Part shown: piece by piece, positions 28,290 through 36,889 of the stretch
Position numbering within the stretch: the first letter of the stretch is position 1
How the letters are laid out: each line of letters starts with the position of its first letter
Assembly: GCA_965249315.1 (NCBI GenBank)
Contig: OZ252225.1
Coordinates: forward strand, 1,065,951 to 1,129,950
Direction: 5' to 3'
Length of the DNA: 64,000 nt
Origin: Dehalococcoidia bacterium
GTDB taxonomy: Bacteria > Chloroflexota > Dehalococcoidia > Lucifugimonadales > UBA1127
Program-made: the position numbers and the translations under genes
Notes under the pieces: generated by a model
Database searches by the model: none
The model's input: only the letters and a program-made list of their open reading frames with translations
Told to the model about the DNA's origin: nothing

Positions 28290-28955
28290 TCACCCTCCCA
28301 GAGGGAAGACCAGGAACACCAGCACCCCCCACAAGGCGTGGGATACCACCAGCGGAAGGAGCCGCCCCTGCCAGGCGTAGAGCGCTCCCCAGGCGCCTCC
28401 CGCCACGGCGGCGGCGATGAAGAGCATGGGGTTGCCCGTCAGCAGGTGGACTCCGCCGTAAGCCGCCGTGCCCGCCAGCCACCCTCGCTGCACACCCCAC
28501 CGGCCCTGGAACGTCGATTGTACCAGACCCCGCCAGTACAGCTCCTCGGCCGGGCTGATGACCAGGACCTGCAGAGCTCCGACGAGGAGGGGGCTCTGGC
28601 CTGTCTTGAACTCGTACACATCGTCCACGCCTTCGGAGGCGAAGGGAAGGATGACGTCGGCCAAGTGCCCGCCAGCCCAGAAGACGACCCAGAGGGCCAG
28701 CGCAGACCCGACGCCCAGGAGCAGGTCGCTGGCCCGAATACCCTGTCGTAGGAGCAGAGGGCCCTGCAGGAGCAGGGCGATGACGGCCAGAGCACCCGTG
28801 GCCATGGCCATGAGCGGGAAGAAGGCAACAGGCCTCCACTGGAAGACCAGGAGCCAGAGCAGGGCCGCCACGGGAAGGGTCAGGAGCGCAGGCGATAGCC
28901 CATCGCTGTGCTCGGAGCGGAGGCGAACCCACGCCCGGAGCCGCCGCGCTAGCAC
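28290..28955 (-). CDS. CPBP-family (CAAX/Abi) intramembrane glutamic protease
   Basis: 221-aa polytopic protein with EELYWRGL (EExxxR), a second motif around YGGVH, and SHALWG near the C-terminus. Its GTG start overlaps the upstream stop (GTGCTAG). Confidence 0.8.
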   Translation of the reverse strand: MLARRLRAWVRLRSEHSDGLSPALLTLPVAALLWLLVFQWRPVAFFPLMAMATGALAVIALLLQGPLLLRQGIRASDLLLGVGSALALWVVFWAGGHLADVILPFASEGVDDVYEFKTGQSPLLVGALQVLVISPAEELYWRGLVQSTFQGRWGVQRGWLAGTAAYGGVHLLTGNPMLFIAAAVAGGAWGALYAWQGRLLPLVVSHALWGVLVFLVFPLGG

Positions 28956-29521
28956 CGCAGGCCCACCGTTCCGGCGAGCCCACGGCGACGCAGCAGGGCC
29001 GCCGCCTTGGAGGCGGAGAACCAGACCATTCGCCCGCTGATCTCCTCCGGTGCGTGGAGGTGGAGCTCGATGAAGAACTTGAGGAAGTAGAGCCCAGCCT
29101 CGCGAGGCGTGAGGGGAGACGTCGGAGCCAGGACGAACGGGGCCAGGCTCGACGATGCCTGCAGGACCTCCCGGCCCAGGTCCGGACCGTGGTCATTCCA
29201 GCTGCACAGGGCGACGAGCATGGGGGGCAGCCCGTCCTGGGCCTGAAACCATTCCCAGCATTCTCGAAGTCCGCTCTCCGGGGCAGACGGTCCCGCATGG
29301 CCCGCCAGCAGGAGGCAGTTGACGGGTGGACTGCCCTCGAGGCGGGCCCGGAGGTTCTCCATGCGATCGGGGGCAGGGGCCGCGGCGACGCTCAGGCCGC
29401 GGCGGCCCAGCGAGCCAGCCAGTCTTCGGCAGAAGTCGGCCTCCCACCCCTCTCGGCCTCCCGACGCATCGACGACCAAAAGGGCTGGGGGTCCTGGGAT
29501 GCTGGCGGCGCTCCAGACCAT
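28949..29521 (-). CDS. Hypothetical protein; possible minimal CHAT/caspase-like fold (ordered His...Cys after hydrophobic strands)
   Basis: A start at ATG 29521 (MVWSAAS...) avoids overlap with the divergent lhgO. The pattern is ALLVVDASG ... VNCLLLAGHAG ... PMLVALCSWNDHG ... APFVLAP..LT.REAGLYFLKFF. The assignment is motif-level only. The gene is translationally coupled to the CPBP gene. Confidence 0.55.
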   Translation of the reverse strand: MVWSAASIPGPPALLVVDASGGREGWEADFCRRLAGSLGRRGLSVAAAPAPDRMENLRARLEGSPPVNCLLLAGHAGPSAPESGLRECWEWFQAQDGLPPMLVALCSWNDHGPDLGREVLQASSSLAPFVLAPTSPLTPREAGLYFLKFFIELHLHAPEEISGRMVWFSASKAAALLRRRGLAGTVGLRC

Positions 29522-29588
29522 AGCGGGCCTCCGGTGACCTGAGTATGATACATCCTGGCAGTCCCGTCCTGGCAACGCGTGGGGGAGC

Positions 29589-30806
29589 ATGAGCGACGCC
29601 ACCTCGGACATCGCGATCGTCGGCGGAGGCATCCTGGGCATGGCAACCGCCCTGGAACTCTCCCGCCGCCTGCCCCGCCATCGCGTCCTGGTGCTGGAGA
29701 AGGAAGGTGCGCTGGCGGCCCATCAGACAGGCAACAACAGCGGTGTCATCCACTCGGGCATCTACTATCGACCAGGCTCGCTGAAGGCCCGCAACTGCGT
29801 GGCCGGGGCTCGGGCGCTGATGGAGTTCTGCCAGGAGAACGACGTCGGCTACGAGTTGTGCGGGAAGGTCATCGTCGCAACGGAGGAGCGGGAGATGCCC
29901 GCCCTCCACGAGCTGCACCGCCGGGGGACGGCGAACGGCGTGCCGGGGCTGGAGATAGTCGGGCCTGAGCGGCTGCGGGAGCTGGAGCCCCACACACGGG
30001 GCGTCCAGGCGCTCTGGTCTCCCAACACGGGCATCGTCGACTACCGACAGGTGACGGAGGCCTATGCGCGGAGGTTCCGGGAGAACGGAGGCGAGGTGTG
30101 GACGGGCGCCCGCGTCCTTCGCATTCGGGCGACGAGGGACGGGCACGTGCTGAGGACCAGGCGCGGCGACGTCCAGGCCCGCTACGTCATCAACTGTGCG
30201 GGCCTCTACGCAGACACCGTGGCCCGAATGCTGGGGGTGCGCCTCCCGGTCCGCATCATCCCCTTCCGGGGCGAGTACTACTTCCTGACGCCGGAGGCCC
30301 AGTCCCTGGTGCGAGGGCTCATCTACCCGGTGCCCGATCCCCGGTTCCCCTTCTTGGGCGTCCACTTCACCCGCACTGTCCACGGCCAAGTGGAAGCGGG
30401 GCCCAATGCGGTGCTGGCCTTCGCCCGCGAGGGCTACCGCATGGGCCGGGTCCACCCGGGGGAGCTGTGGGGGACGCTGACGTACCGCGGCTTCTGGGCC
30501 ATGTCCCGCCACCACTGGCGCACGGGTCTCATGGAAGTGCGCCGGTCGCTGAGCAAGGCCGCGTTCACGCGGTCCCTGCAGCGCCTGGTGCCGGAGGTGG
30601 AAGGCGGGCATCTGGAGCGCGGCGGCGCGGGCGTTCGGGCGCAGGCGGTGGACCGGGACGGCGCCCTGGCCGACGACTTCCGCATCAGCGAGACGCAGAA
30701 CGCGATCCACGTGCTCAACGCCCCCTCGCCCGGAGCGACAGCTTCGCTGTCCATCGCGAAGGGCATCGTCGACATGGCAGCGAACTCGTTCGAGCTCTCG
30801 GCGTGA
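29589..30806 (+). CDS. lhgO: L-2-hydroxyglutarate oxidase/dehydrogenase (FAD-dependent)
   Basis: 405 aa: DIAIVGGGILGMATALEL, HQTGNNSGVIHSGIYYRPGSLKA, the C-terminal NAPSPGATASL. Confidence 0.85.
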   Translation: MSDATSDIAIVGGGILGMATALELSRRLPRHRVLVLEKEGALAAHQTGNNSGVIHSGIYYRPGSLKARNCVAGARALMEFCQENDVGYELCGKVIVATEEREMPALHELHRRGTANGVPGLEIVGPERLRELEPHTRGVQALWSPNTGIVDYRQVTEAYARRFRENGGEVWTGARVLRIRATRDGHVLRTRRGDVQARYVINCAGLYADTVARMLGVRLPVRIIPFRGEYYFLTPEAQSLVRGLIYPVPDPRFPFLGVHFTRTVHGQVEAGPNAVLAFAREGYRMGRVHPGELWGTLTYRGFWAMSRHHWRTGLMEVRRSLSKAAFTRSLQRLVPEVEGGHLERGGAGVRAQAVDRDGALADDFRISETQNAIHVLNAPSPGATASLSIAKGIVDMAANSFELSA

Positions 30807-30970
30807 GGACGCGCCACAGGTCGCGAGCGCGGGCAGGGGCGTACGCCGTCGTAGGGCGTCGTCGACAGGCTGCGTGGTGCTAACAGATAGACCTGACAGG
30901 CGTTTCCAAGCGTAGGCCCCATAGCAGGCCGATGCAGGCACGTTCCGGCCATGCGAGAGAAGGAGGACGG

Positions 30971-31768
30971 GTGATCACAAAGAGCATAGCGATTGCCGGA
31001 CTTGTGGCGCTGCTTGCCGCCTTCTCAGCGTGCGGCGGCGGAGGTGAAGAGGCGGCATCCACCGCCTCGACAGCAGCCACACCCGCCGCAGCGGCCCCCA
31101 CTCCGACTGAGGCGGCCCCTGCGACGCAGACCCCCGCCACCCCCACTCCCGCACCCACGGCGGCCGCTCCCACGCCTCCCCCCGCGCCGACCGCTCCCGC
31201 GGCCTCCACTCCTGAGTACGACGAGGACAGGGAAATCGGCGATGTGGAGGGCGTCACCTTCGTTGTCGCCGAGGGGTCCGAGGTGACATTCACGGTGGAG
31301 GAGCAGCTCACGCGCCTGCCGCTGCCCATCGAGGCCGTGATGCGGACCACGGCCGTGTCCGGCGAGTTCCAAGTGGACGGCAGTCCCGTCACCATCACCG
31401 TCGACCTCCACAGCCTTCGTAGCGACCAGGACCGGAGAGACCAGTACGTTCGCCAGCGGATGTTCCCGGACCACCCGACGGCGACCTTCACCGTGGACGG
31501 CGACCGCGCCTTCCCCGAGGGCTTCACCAACGGCGAGGAGGTGATGACCCAGGTCGAGGGGACGCTGAGCATCCGCGGCATGGAGTTCCCGCTGACCTTC
31601 GACATCACAGCCCGGGACGACGGGCACGTGGTCCACCTGCTGGGTGAGACGACGTTCACCTGGGCCGATTTGGGCATGGACGAGCCGAGGGCCGGGATTG
31701 TGGTGTGGGTGGCGGAGGAGGTGAGGGTGAACGTGCTGCTGGCCCTCAAGCCGCTCCGGACGTCGTAG
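30971..31768 (+). CDS. YceI-family lipoprotein with a long Ala/Pro/Thr-rich tether
   Basis: GTG 30971 follows AAGGAGG. It has a lipobox LAAFSAC, then a ~60-aa APT-rich linker. The YceI-like domain reads VTFTVEE...VSGEFQVDG...VDLHSLRSDQDRRDQYVRQ. Confidence 0.75.
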   Translation: MITKSIAIAGLVALLAAFSACGGGGEEAASTASTAATPAAAAPTPTEAAPATQTPATPTPAPTAAAPTPPPAPTAPAASTPEYDEDREIGDVEGVTFVVAEGSEVTFTVEEQLTRLPLPIEAVMRTTAVSGEFQVDGSPVTITVDLHSLRSDQDRRDQYVRQRMFPDHPTATFTVDGDRAFPEGFTNGEEVMTQVEGTLSIRGMEFPLTFDITARDDGHVVHLLGETTFTWADLGMDEPRAGIVVWVAEEVRVNVLLALKPLRTS

Positions 31769-31773
31769 CGGGG

Positions 31774-32259
31774 ATGGAGACCGCGACAGTCCGAGCGGGC
31801 CTGGCATCCGGCGCTCTGGCGGCGGTGGCGGCCGCGCTGATCCAGCTTCCGCTGCACTCCCCCGCGGACGTCCTCTTCAACGCCGGCACGGTGACGCTGG
31901 GCGCCCTAGCGACGGGCGGGCTTGCCGGCATCCTCCTGGACCGGGTCCAGCGACGCCCAGGGGGACTCCGCCTCTTCTACGGGGCCTGGGCCGGGGCCTT
32001 CGCGGCGCTAGTGCTGGTCGCGGTGATTGGAGAGAGCCAGCTCGACCGCACCGTCTCCTACGTTGTGCCGCTGGGGGCCATCGTGCTGGGGACGACCGGG
32101 GCACTCACGCCGTGGCTCGCGGGGTCGGGGAGCGTGCGGAGCTGGCGGCTCGTCCTGGCAGTCGTAGTCGTGGCGATGGCCGTCGGCGTGGGGCTGGCGG
32201 GGGAGGGAGACCAGGCCAGCGGCACGCTGGAGCTGCCGCCCCGGGAGGCCAGCCGATAG
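31774..32259 (+). CDS. Hypothetical integral membrane protein (about 4 TM)
   Basis: 161 aa from ATG 31774, five nt after the upstream stop. It contains several Ala/Gly/Leu-rich hydrophobic helices and no recognised motif. Confidence 0.55.
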   Translation: METATVRAGLASGALAAVAAALIQLPLHSPADVLFNAGTVTLGALATGGLAGILLDRVQRRPGGLRLFYGAWAGAFAALVLVAVIGESQLDRTVSYVVPLGAIVLGTTGALTPWLAGSGSVRSWRLVLAVVVVAMAVGVGLAGEGDQASGTLELPPREASR

Positions 32260-32273
32260 GGGGACATTCGTCC

Positions 32274-32744
32274 GTGCATGACGCTCGTGAGGGGCGCAGC
32301 ATCGGCGTGCGGGCGGTCGCCTGTGCGGTCGCCATCGTCTTCGCCGCACTCGTGCTCTCAGGCTGCGCCCCCTCCGGCGAGGAGGTCTACGCTGCGGACT
32401 GCGCCGCGTGCCATGGCCCTGGCGGCGAGGGACAGCCGGAGTGGCACGTGGTGAAGGCGGACGGGACGCTGCCTGCGCCGCCGCTGAACGGCGACGGGCA
32501 TACCTGGCACCATGCGGGCGGCGAGCTGTACCGCGTGGTCAGCGAGGGAGGGCAGATCCTGGAGGACCCGGGGCTGGATTTCAAGAGCGCCATGCCGGCA
32601 TTCGGCGAGCAGCTCAGCCACTCGGAGATCGTGGCGGTGCTCACGTACCTCAAGAGCCTGTGGGGGGACAAGACAAGCAGGGGGCTGTCCATCCGGGAGT
32701 CGCAGTCGCTGGTCAGCGAAAAGGACCCCTTCCCGAGGGAGTAG
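32274..32744 (+). CDS. c-type monoheme cytochrome, lipoprotein-anchored
   Basis: Signal/lipobox ...FAALVLSGC, heme motif CAACH, distal MPAF (Met ligand region). The start could be GTG 32274 or GTG 32307. Confidence 0.75.
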   Translation: MHDAREGRSIGVRAVACAVAIVFAALVLSGCAPSGEEVYAADCAACHGPGGEGQPEWHVVKADGTLPAPPLNGDGHTWHHAGGELYRVVSEGGQILEDPGLDFKSAMPAFGEQLSHSEIVAVLTYLKSLWGDKTSRGLSIRESQSLVSEKDPFPRE

Positions 32745-33306
32745 GGGGGGGCCTGCCGCGGAGAGTGGCAGCGCGGCCCATCGGTCCTTCGTGGGCCCGC
32801 TCGTACGGTTCGTCAGCAGGAAGGCCTGATTGAGATGCAGCTCTAGTCGCCAATTGGTCGCATCGCTCATTCTCAGGATGGCCAGAGTGGCCCTTGACCC
32901 AATGGCACTTCACTTCATGGCTGGCGCAGAGCTCAAGCAATCGTTCCCACAGATCAGGATTGATGGCTCGCTCATTCTTGTTCCGCATCCATCCATTCGC
33001 GCGCCACCTCTTCGCCCAGCCTTTTGCAATGGCATCCACAACGTACCTAGAGTCACTGAAGACGGAGATTTTGCATCGTTCCTTCAGAGCTTCCAGCCCT
33101 TTGATCACCGACATGAGCTCCATCCGGTTGTTCGTTGTCCGCTTGTACCCTCCGGAAATCTCCTTCCGCTGGGTGCCGTAAACGAGCACGACTCCATAGC
33201 CGCCCGGCCCCGGGTTGCCGGTGCAAGCGCCGTCTGTGTAGAGGCTGACTTCCTTCAACACGAGAGCGTTATGGTGCTGGTCACGCAGGCTACCCTCCCC
33301 ATACAA
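32713..33306 (-). CDS. rnhA: Ribonuclease HI
   Basis: [53 protein letters not shown] is markedly lower than the flanks between about 32830 and 33300. The N-terminal start is uncertain (GTG 33261 is possible). The C-terminal ~25 aa read into high-GC DNA antisense to the cytochrome gene. Confidence 0.85.
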   Translation of the reverse strand: MYGEGSLRDQHHNALVLKEVSLYTDGACTGNPGPGGYGVVLVYGTQRKEISGGYKRTTNNRMELMSVIKGLEALKERCKISVFSDSRYVVDAIAKGWAKRWRANGWMRNKNERAINPDLWERLLELCASHEVKCHWVKGHSGHPENERCDQLATRAASQSGLPADEPYERAHEGPMGRAATLRGRPPPTPSGRGPFR

Positions 33307-33436
33307 GCACTATAACGAGGCCTCTCTCGGGGGCGCAACGGAGGGTGGCAGTTGCGCGGGGCGCTGCCTTGCAGGGCGGTTGGGGGCGGCGTAGACTCTG
33401 CGGCAGACCATCCTCGCCTGGGGAAGCCGCCTCGCG

Positions 33437-33646
33437 ATGCCATTCTCCGCCAAGACGGGCCTCCGCCTGCTGCTGTTCTTCGTCGGGTTCACGCTGGTGT
33501 GGGCCGGGGCGGCGGTGCGGGGGCAGGATGATTTGACCACGGGCACACGGCTCTATATTGCGGGTGGCACACTCATCGTGGTGGACCTGCTCTGGCTCCT
33601 GGTGTCGGCGGTGCGAGGGCGCTGGGAACGGTCGGGAACGCCGTAG
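33437..33646 (+). CDS. Possible small two-TM membrane protein
   Basis: 69-aa ORF with two hydrophobic segments (LRLLLFFVGFTLVWAGAAV; LYIAGGTLIVVDLLWLLVSAV). The SD is weak. It could be a chance ORF in high-GC DNA. Confidence 0.3.
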   Translation: MPFSAKTGLRLLLFFVGFTLVWAGAAVRGQDDLTTGTRLYIAGGTLIVVDLLWLLVSAVRGRWERSGTP

Positions 33647-33687
33647 TGTGTCGCCCTTCGACAAGCTCAGGGTGACCGTGTAGGCGG

Positions 33688-34254
33688 CTAGGGGGCGTCC
33701 GCGCTGCCCTTCACCACCACGGGCAGGCCAGCGACCATGAAGTAGACGTCGTCGGCCTGGGCGGCGAAGAGCTGGTTCACGCGGCCCAGGGCGTCCTCGA
33801 AGGCGCGGCCCAGGGGCGTGGGCGGGATGACGCCGAGGCCGGTCTCGTTGCTGACGACCACCCACGCGGCGTCGCTGCGGGCCTGGAGGGCGAGGAGCGC
33901 CTGGGCGCCCGCGACGGCGTCGTCGCGGGCGGTCCACGGGTCGTCCGCCCGCAGCAGGAGGTTGCTAACCCACAGCGTGAGACAGTCGAGGAGGACTGTG
34001 TCGTAGCGGTGCAGCACCGGTGCGAGGACGGCCGAGAGGTCGAGGGGCTCTTCGAGCGTGTCCCAGTCCTTCGGGCGACTCTCGCGATGGGCGCTGATGC
34101 GCTCGGCCATTTCCCGGTCGCCCGCCTCGGCGGTGGCGACGACGAGGACGCTGCGGCCGTCGGCGGCGAGCCGCTGCGCGTAGCTGCTCTTCCCGGCGCG
34201 TACGCCGCCCAGGACCAGGGTCAGCCTCTTTCGCACGTCGCCGCCGCCTACCAT
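33688..34254 (-). CDS. cobU: Adenosylcobinamide kinase / adenosylcobinamide-phosphate guanylyltransferase (CobU/CobP)
   Basis: 188 aa from ATG 34254 (ATGGTAG overlap with the upstream stop). It has P-loop LVLGGVRAGKSSYA, DCLTLWVSN and VSNETGLGVIP. The 480-aa track ORF is an antisense-extended artefact. Confidence 0.88.
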   Translation of the reverse strand: MVGGGDVRKRLTLVLGGVRAGKSSYAQRLAADGRSVLVVATAEAGDREMAERISAHRESRPKDWDTLEEPLDLSAVLAPVLHRYDTVLLDCLTLWVSNLLLRADDPWTARDDAVAGAQALLALQARSDAAWVVVSNETGLGVIPPTPLGRAFEDALGRVNQLFAAQADDVYFMVAGLPVVVKGSADAP

Positions 34255-35987
34255 AGCGGCGCCTCGAAGAGGCTGCGGAGCGGGGACAGCAGTGCAATCG
34301 CCAGCAACAGCACCGTAACTTCGGCAATCTCGTTCACAGCGCCGTAGGCGTCGCCGGTCATTCCGCCCAGCAGCCGTGTGACCCACCAGCCCACGCCAAG
34401 GGCAACGGCGATGGCCGCGCCGAGCAGGAGCAGTCCGGCGAGGCCCAGGAGCAGCGCGCCCGCCGCGGCGGCGGTGGCGAGTCCGAACACCACCTGCCGC
34501 CAGTGTGCGCCGGCCTGAAACGCCGTGCCGGCCCCGCTCTCCCGGACGTAGGTGAAGGCGGCCATGGTGGTGACCATGCCGAAGCGGGAGAGGCTGGGGA
34601 ACAGGGCGAGCAGGGCGGCCCGGACCTCGTTGGGGACGCCGGTGAGCAGCGACCACTTCAGCAGCAGCAACGCAGCGCCGCCGGCCACGGCGAACGCGCC
34701 GACGTGGGGGTCCCGGAGGACCTGCAGCCGCCGCTCGGGGGTGTGTGCGCCCAGGAGGCCGTCGCAGCAGTCCAGGAACCCCTCCGTGTGTATCGCCCGG
34801 GTCAGTATCAGCAGCGCCGCGACGAGGAGCGCGCCGACGACGTAGGGCGGCAGGACCTGGCCCGCCGCGAAGTCGAGGCCTGCGAGGACGCCGCCGATGC
34901 CCAGGCCGACGAGGGGGAAGTAGGCCCGCGCCGGCCCCATCCGCGCCACTGCACCCGGCGAGACGGGAAGCACGGTGAGGAACCCGATGGCCAGCACCGC
35001 GCCGGTGCCTTCGCCCAGCCGCATGTCGAGGTCGAGGAGGGGCCGCAACCTCAGGTGCGACAGGACGGCCCGGTGCCCGGCCTCCGCCGAGACGTGGGCG
35101 GCGACGAGGTAGTCCCGCACCGTGGGGCACAGGCTGTGGGCGACGAGGGCCGCCGCGCCGGAGATGAAGCCGTCGAGGACGACGACGCGGTGGGCAAGGG
35201 CGCCGCCCAGAACGACGCCGGCCAGCACGCCGATCTCGAAACCGCCGACCCTGGCCAGCACGTCGAGGCCGTCGGCCGGGTCGGGGCGGTTCACGGCCAG
35301 CGCGCGCTCGACAACGGCGACCTTGTGCTCCAGATCCCGTTCGTTGCGTCCCGTGCCGCGGCCCGTGGTCTCTTTGGGCGGTCTGCCGGTCAGGGCGACG
35401 GCTACGGCGCTCGACGCCGTGGTGTTGCCGATGCCCATGTCGCCGGTGCCTATGAGGTCAGCGCCGCTCTCGGCGGCCTCCAGGGCGAGCGCGACGCCTG
35501 CGGTCACGCACGCCTCGGCCTGCCCTCGCGTCATGGCCGGGCCCTGCGTTATGTCGGCTGTGCCGCGCCCCGCACCCACCACTCGGAGGTCGGGGTGGTC
35601 GGGGAGCTGCGCGGCCACGCCTGCGTCGACGACGACCAGGCCGACGCCCGCCATCCTCGCCATGACGCTGATTGCGGCGCCGCCCGCGAGGATGTTCCGC
35701 ACCATCTGCGCCGTGACCTCCTGGGGGTAGGCGGTGACGCCCTGGGCCACTACCCCGTGGTCTCCGGCGGCAACGACGACCGTCTTACCGCGCAGTCTGG
35801 GCCGTGCGGTCCCGAATACTCCCGCCAGCTGGACGGACAACTCTTCCAACCGGCCCAGGCTGCCCGGCGGCTTCGTGAGACGTCCCTGCCGACGCGCGGC
35901 TGCGTTCGATGCCTCGCGGTCAGCGCGGGCAATGCGGCGGACCACGTCCTCAACGCTGTGCGGGGTGAGGGGCGGTCGCTGCGACAT
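34248..35987 (-). CDS. cobT-cobS: Fused nicotinate-nucleotide--DMB phosphoribosyltransferase (CobT) and cobalamin-5'-phosphate synthase (CobS)
   Basis: The N-terminal ~350 aa carry LTKPPGSLGRLEEL, GDHGV, GDMGIGNTT and MRLGEGTGAVLA (CobT). The ORF then continues directly into IGFLTVLPV...YFPLVGLGIGG...HTEGFLDCCDG...GMTGDAYGA (CobS, polytopic). ATG 35987 follows AGGAGG. The track start at 36023 overlaps the upstream gene. Confidence 0.85.
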   Translation of the reverse strand: MSQRPPLTPHSVEDVVRRIARADREASNAAARRQGRLTKPPGSLGRLEELSVQLAGVFGTARPRLRGKTVVVAAGDHGVVAQGVTAYPQEVTAQMVRNILAGGAAISVMARMAGVGLVVVDAGVAAQLPDHPDLRVVGAGRGTADITQGPAMTRGQAEACVTAGVALALEAAESGADLIGTGDMGIGNTTASSAVAVALTGRPPKETTGRGTGRNERDLEHKVAVVERALAVNRPDPADGLDVLARVGGFEIGVLAGVVLGGALAHRVVVLDGFISGAAALVAHSLCPTVRDYLVAAHVSAEAGHRAVLSHLRLRPLLDLDMRLGEGTGAVLAIGFLTVLPVSPGAVARMGPARAYFPLVGLGIGGVLAGLDFAAGQVLPPYVVGALLVAALLILTRAIHTEGFLDCCDGLLGAHTPERRLQVLRDPHVGAFAVAGGAALLLLKWSLLTGVPNEVRAALLALFPSLSRFGMVTTMAAFTYVRESGAGTAFQAGAHWRQVVFGLATAAAAGALLLGLAGLLLLGAAIAVALGVGWWVTRLLGGMTGDAYGAVNEIAEVTVLLLAIALLSPLRSLFEAPLW

Positions 35988-36012
35988 CGAGCCTCCTGAC
36001 GGGCCGCCGTGG

Positions 36013-36882
36013 CTAGAACTCAATGCCCGGCTGGGCCCTGATGCCGCTGTCCTCGAAGAGACGCTTGATCATGTCCGACGCCGGCTCGTCCGCCGGGCCG
36101 ATGAGGCTAACGGCTAGCGAGCCGGTCACCGGGTCTCGGTGGATGGCAGCCCTCACGCCGAAGGCGGACTCCATGGTCTCAGGCGATAGGACCTGCTCGG
36201 GCGGCCCCTCTGCGAGCACTCGCCCGCCGCTGAGCAGCACCAGTCGATCGCAGTAGCGCGCCGCCATGTTGAGATCGTGGATGGCCGCGATGGCCGTCAG
36301 ACCATCGTCCACCAGCCGCCGCACCACGTTCAGCACCTTGAGCTGGTGCAGGACGTCCAGGTTCGTCGTTGGCTCATCCAGCAGGAGGACGCGGGGCTGC
36401 TGGGTCAAGGCGCGGGCAATGAACACCCGCTGACGTTCGCCCCCGGACAGGGTGTCGAGCGTTCTGTCGGCGAACTGCTCCGTCTCCGTGAGCCGCATGG
36501 CGTCCCGGGCGATGCGGTTGTCCTCCCTGCCCTCGATCTGGAAGCGCCCGAGGTGGGGGTACCGGCCCATGAGCACGAGCTCGATGACGTTGAAGCCGTG
36601 CGTGTAGGGCGCAATCTGCGGGACGAGGGCGACGCTCGCGGCGAGCGCCCTGGACGACTGGTGTTCGACGTCCACGCCGTCAAACCGGACGACGCCCTCC
36701 TGGCAGCGGAGGATGCCGGACAAGGCCCGGAGGAGCGTAGTCTTGCCTGCGCCGTTGGGGCCTACAAGGCCAACGAGCTGACCCCGGTCGGCGTGCAGGC
36801 TCACGCCCTGCAGCAGCCTCTTGTCATCCACCTCGTAGGTGAGGCCCTGCGCGCTGATCGTGGGGGGTCTGTTACCGTTCAT
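36013..36882 (-). CDS. ABC transporter ATP-binding protein (FecE/BtuD-type)
   Basis: 289 aa: Walker A GPNGAGKTT, signature LSGGERQRV, Walker B LLLDEPTTNLD, H-loop AIHDLN. Confidence 0.88.
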   Translation of the reverse strand: MNGNRPPTISAQGLTYEVDDKRLLQGVSLHADRGQLVGLVGPNGAGKTTLLRALSGILRCQEGVVRFDGVDVEHQSSRALAASVALVPQIAPYTHGFNVIELVLMGRYPHLGRFQIEGREDNRIARDAMRLTETEQFADRTLDTLSGGERQRVFIARALTQQPRVLLLDEPTTNLDVLHQLKVLNVVRRLVDDGLTAIAAIHDLNMAARYCDRLVLLSGGRVLAEGPPEQVLSPETMESAFGVRAAIHRDPVTGSLAVSLIGPADEPASDMIKRLFEDSGIRAQPGIEF

Positions 36883-36889
36883 CGCTCCG

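Noticed and set aside
31030-31215. Degenerate short-period repeats (GCC/CCC/ACC-rich), considered as a possible tandem repeat or CRISPR-like array. The same applies to 37815-37975.
   Set aside because: They are in frame within lipoprotein genes and encode Ala/Pro/Thr linkers. There is no spacer-repeat periodicity.
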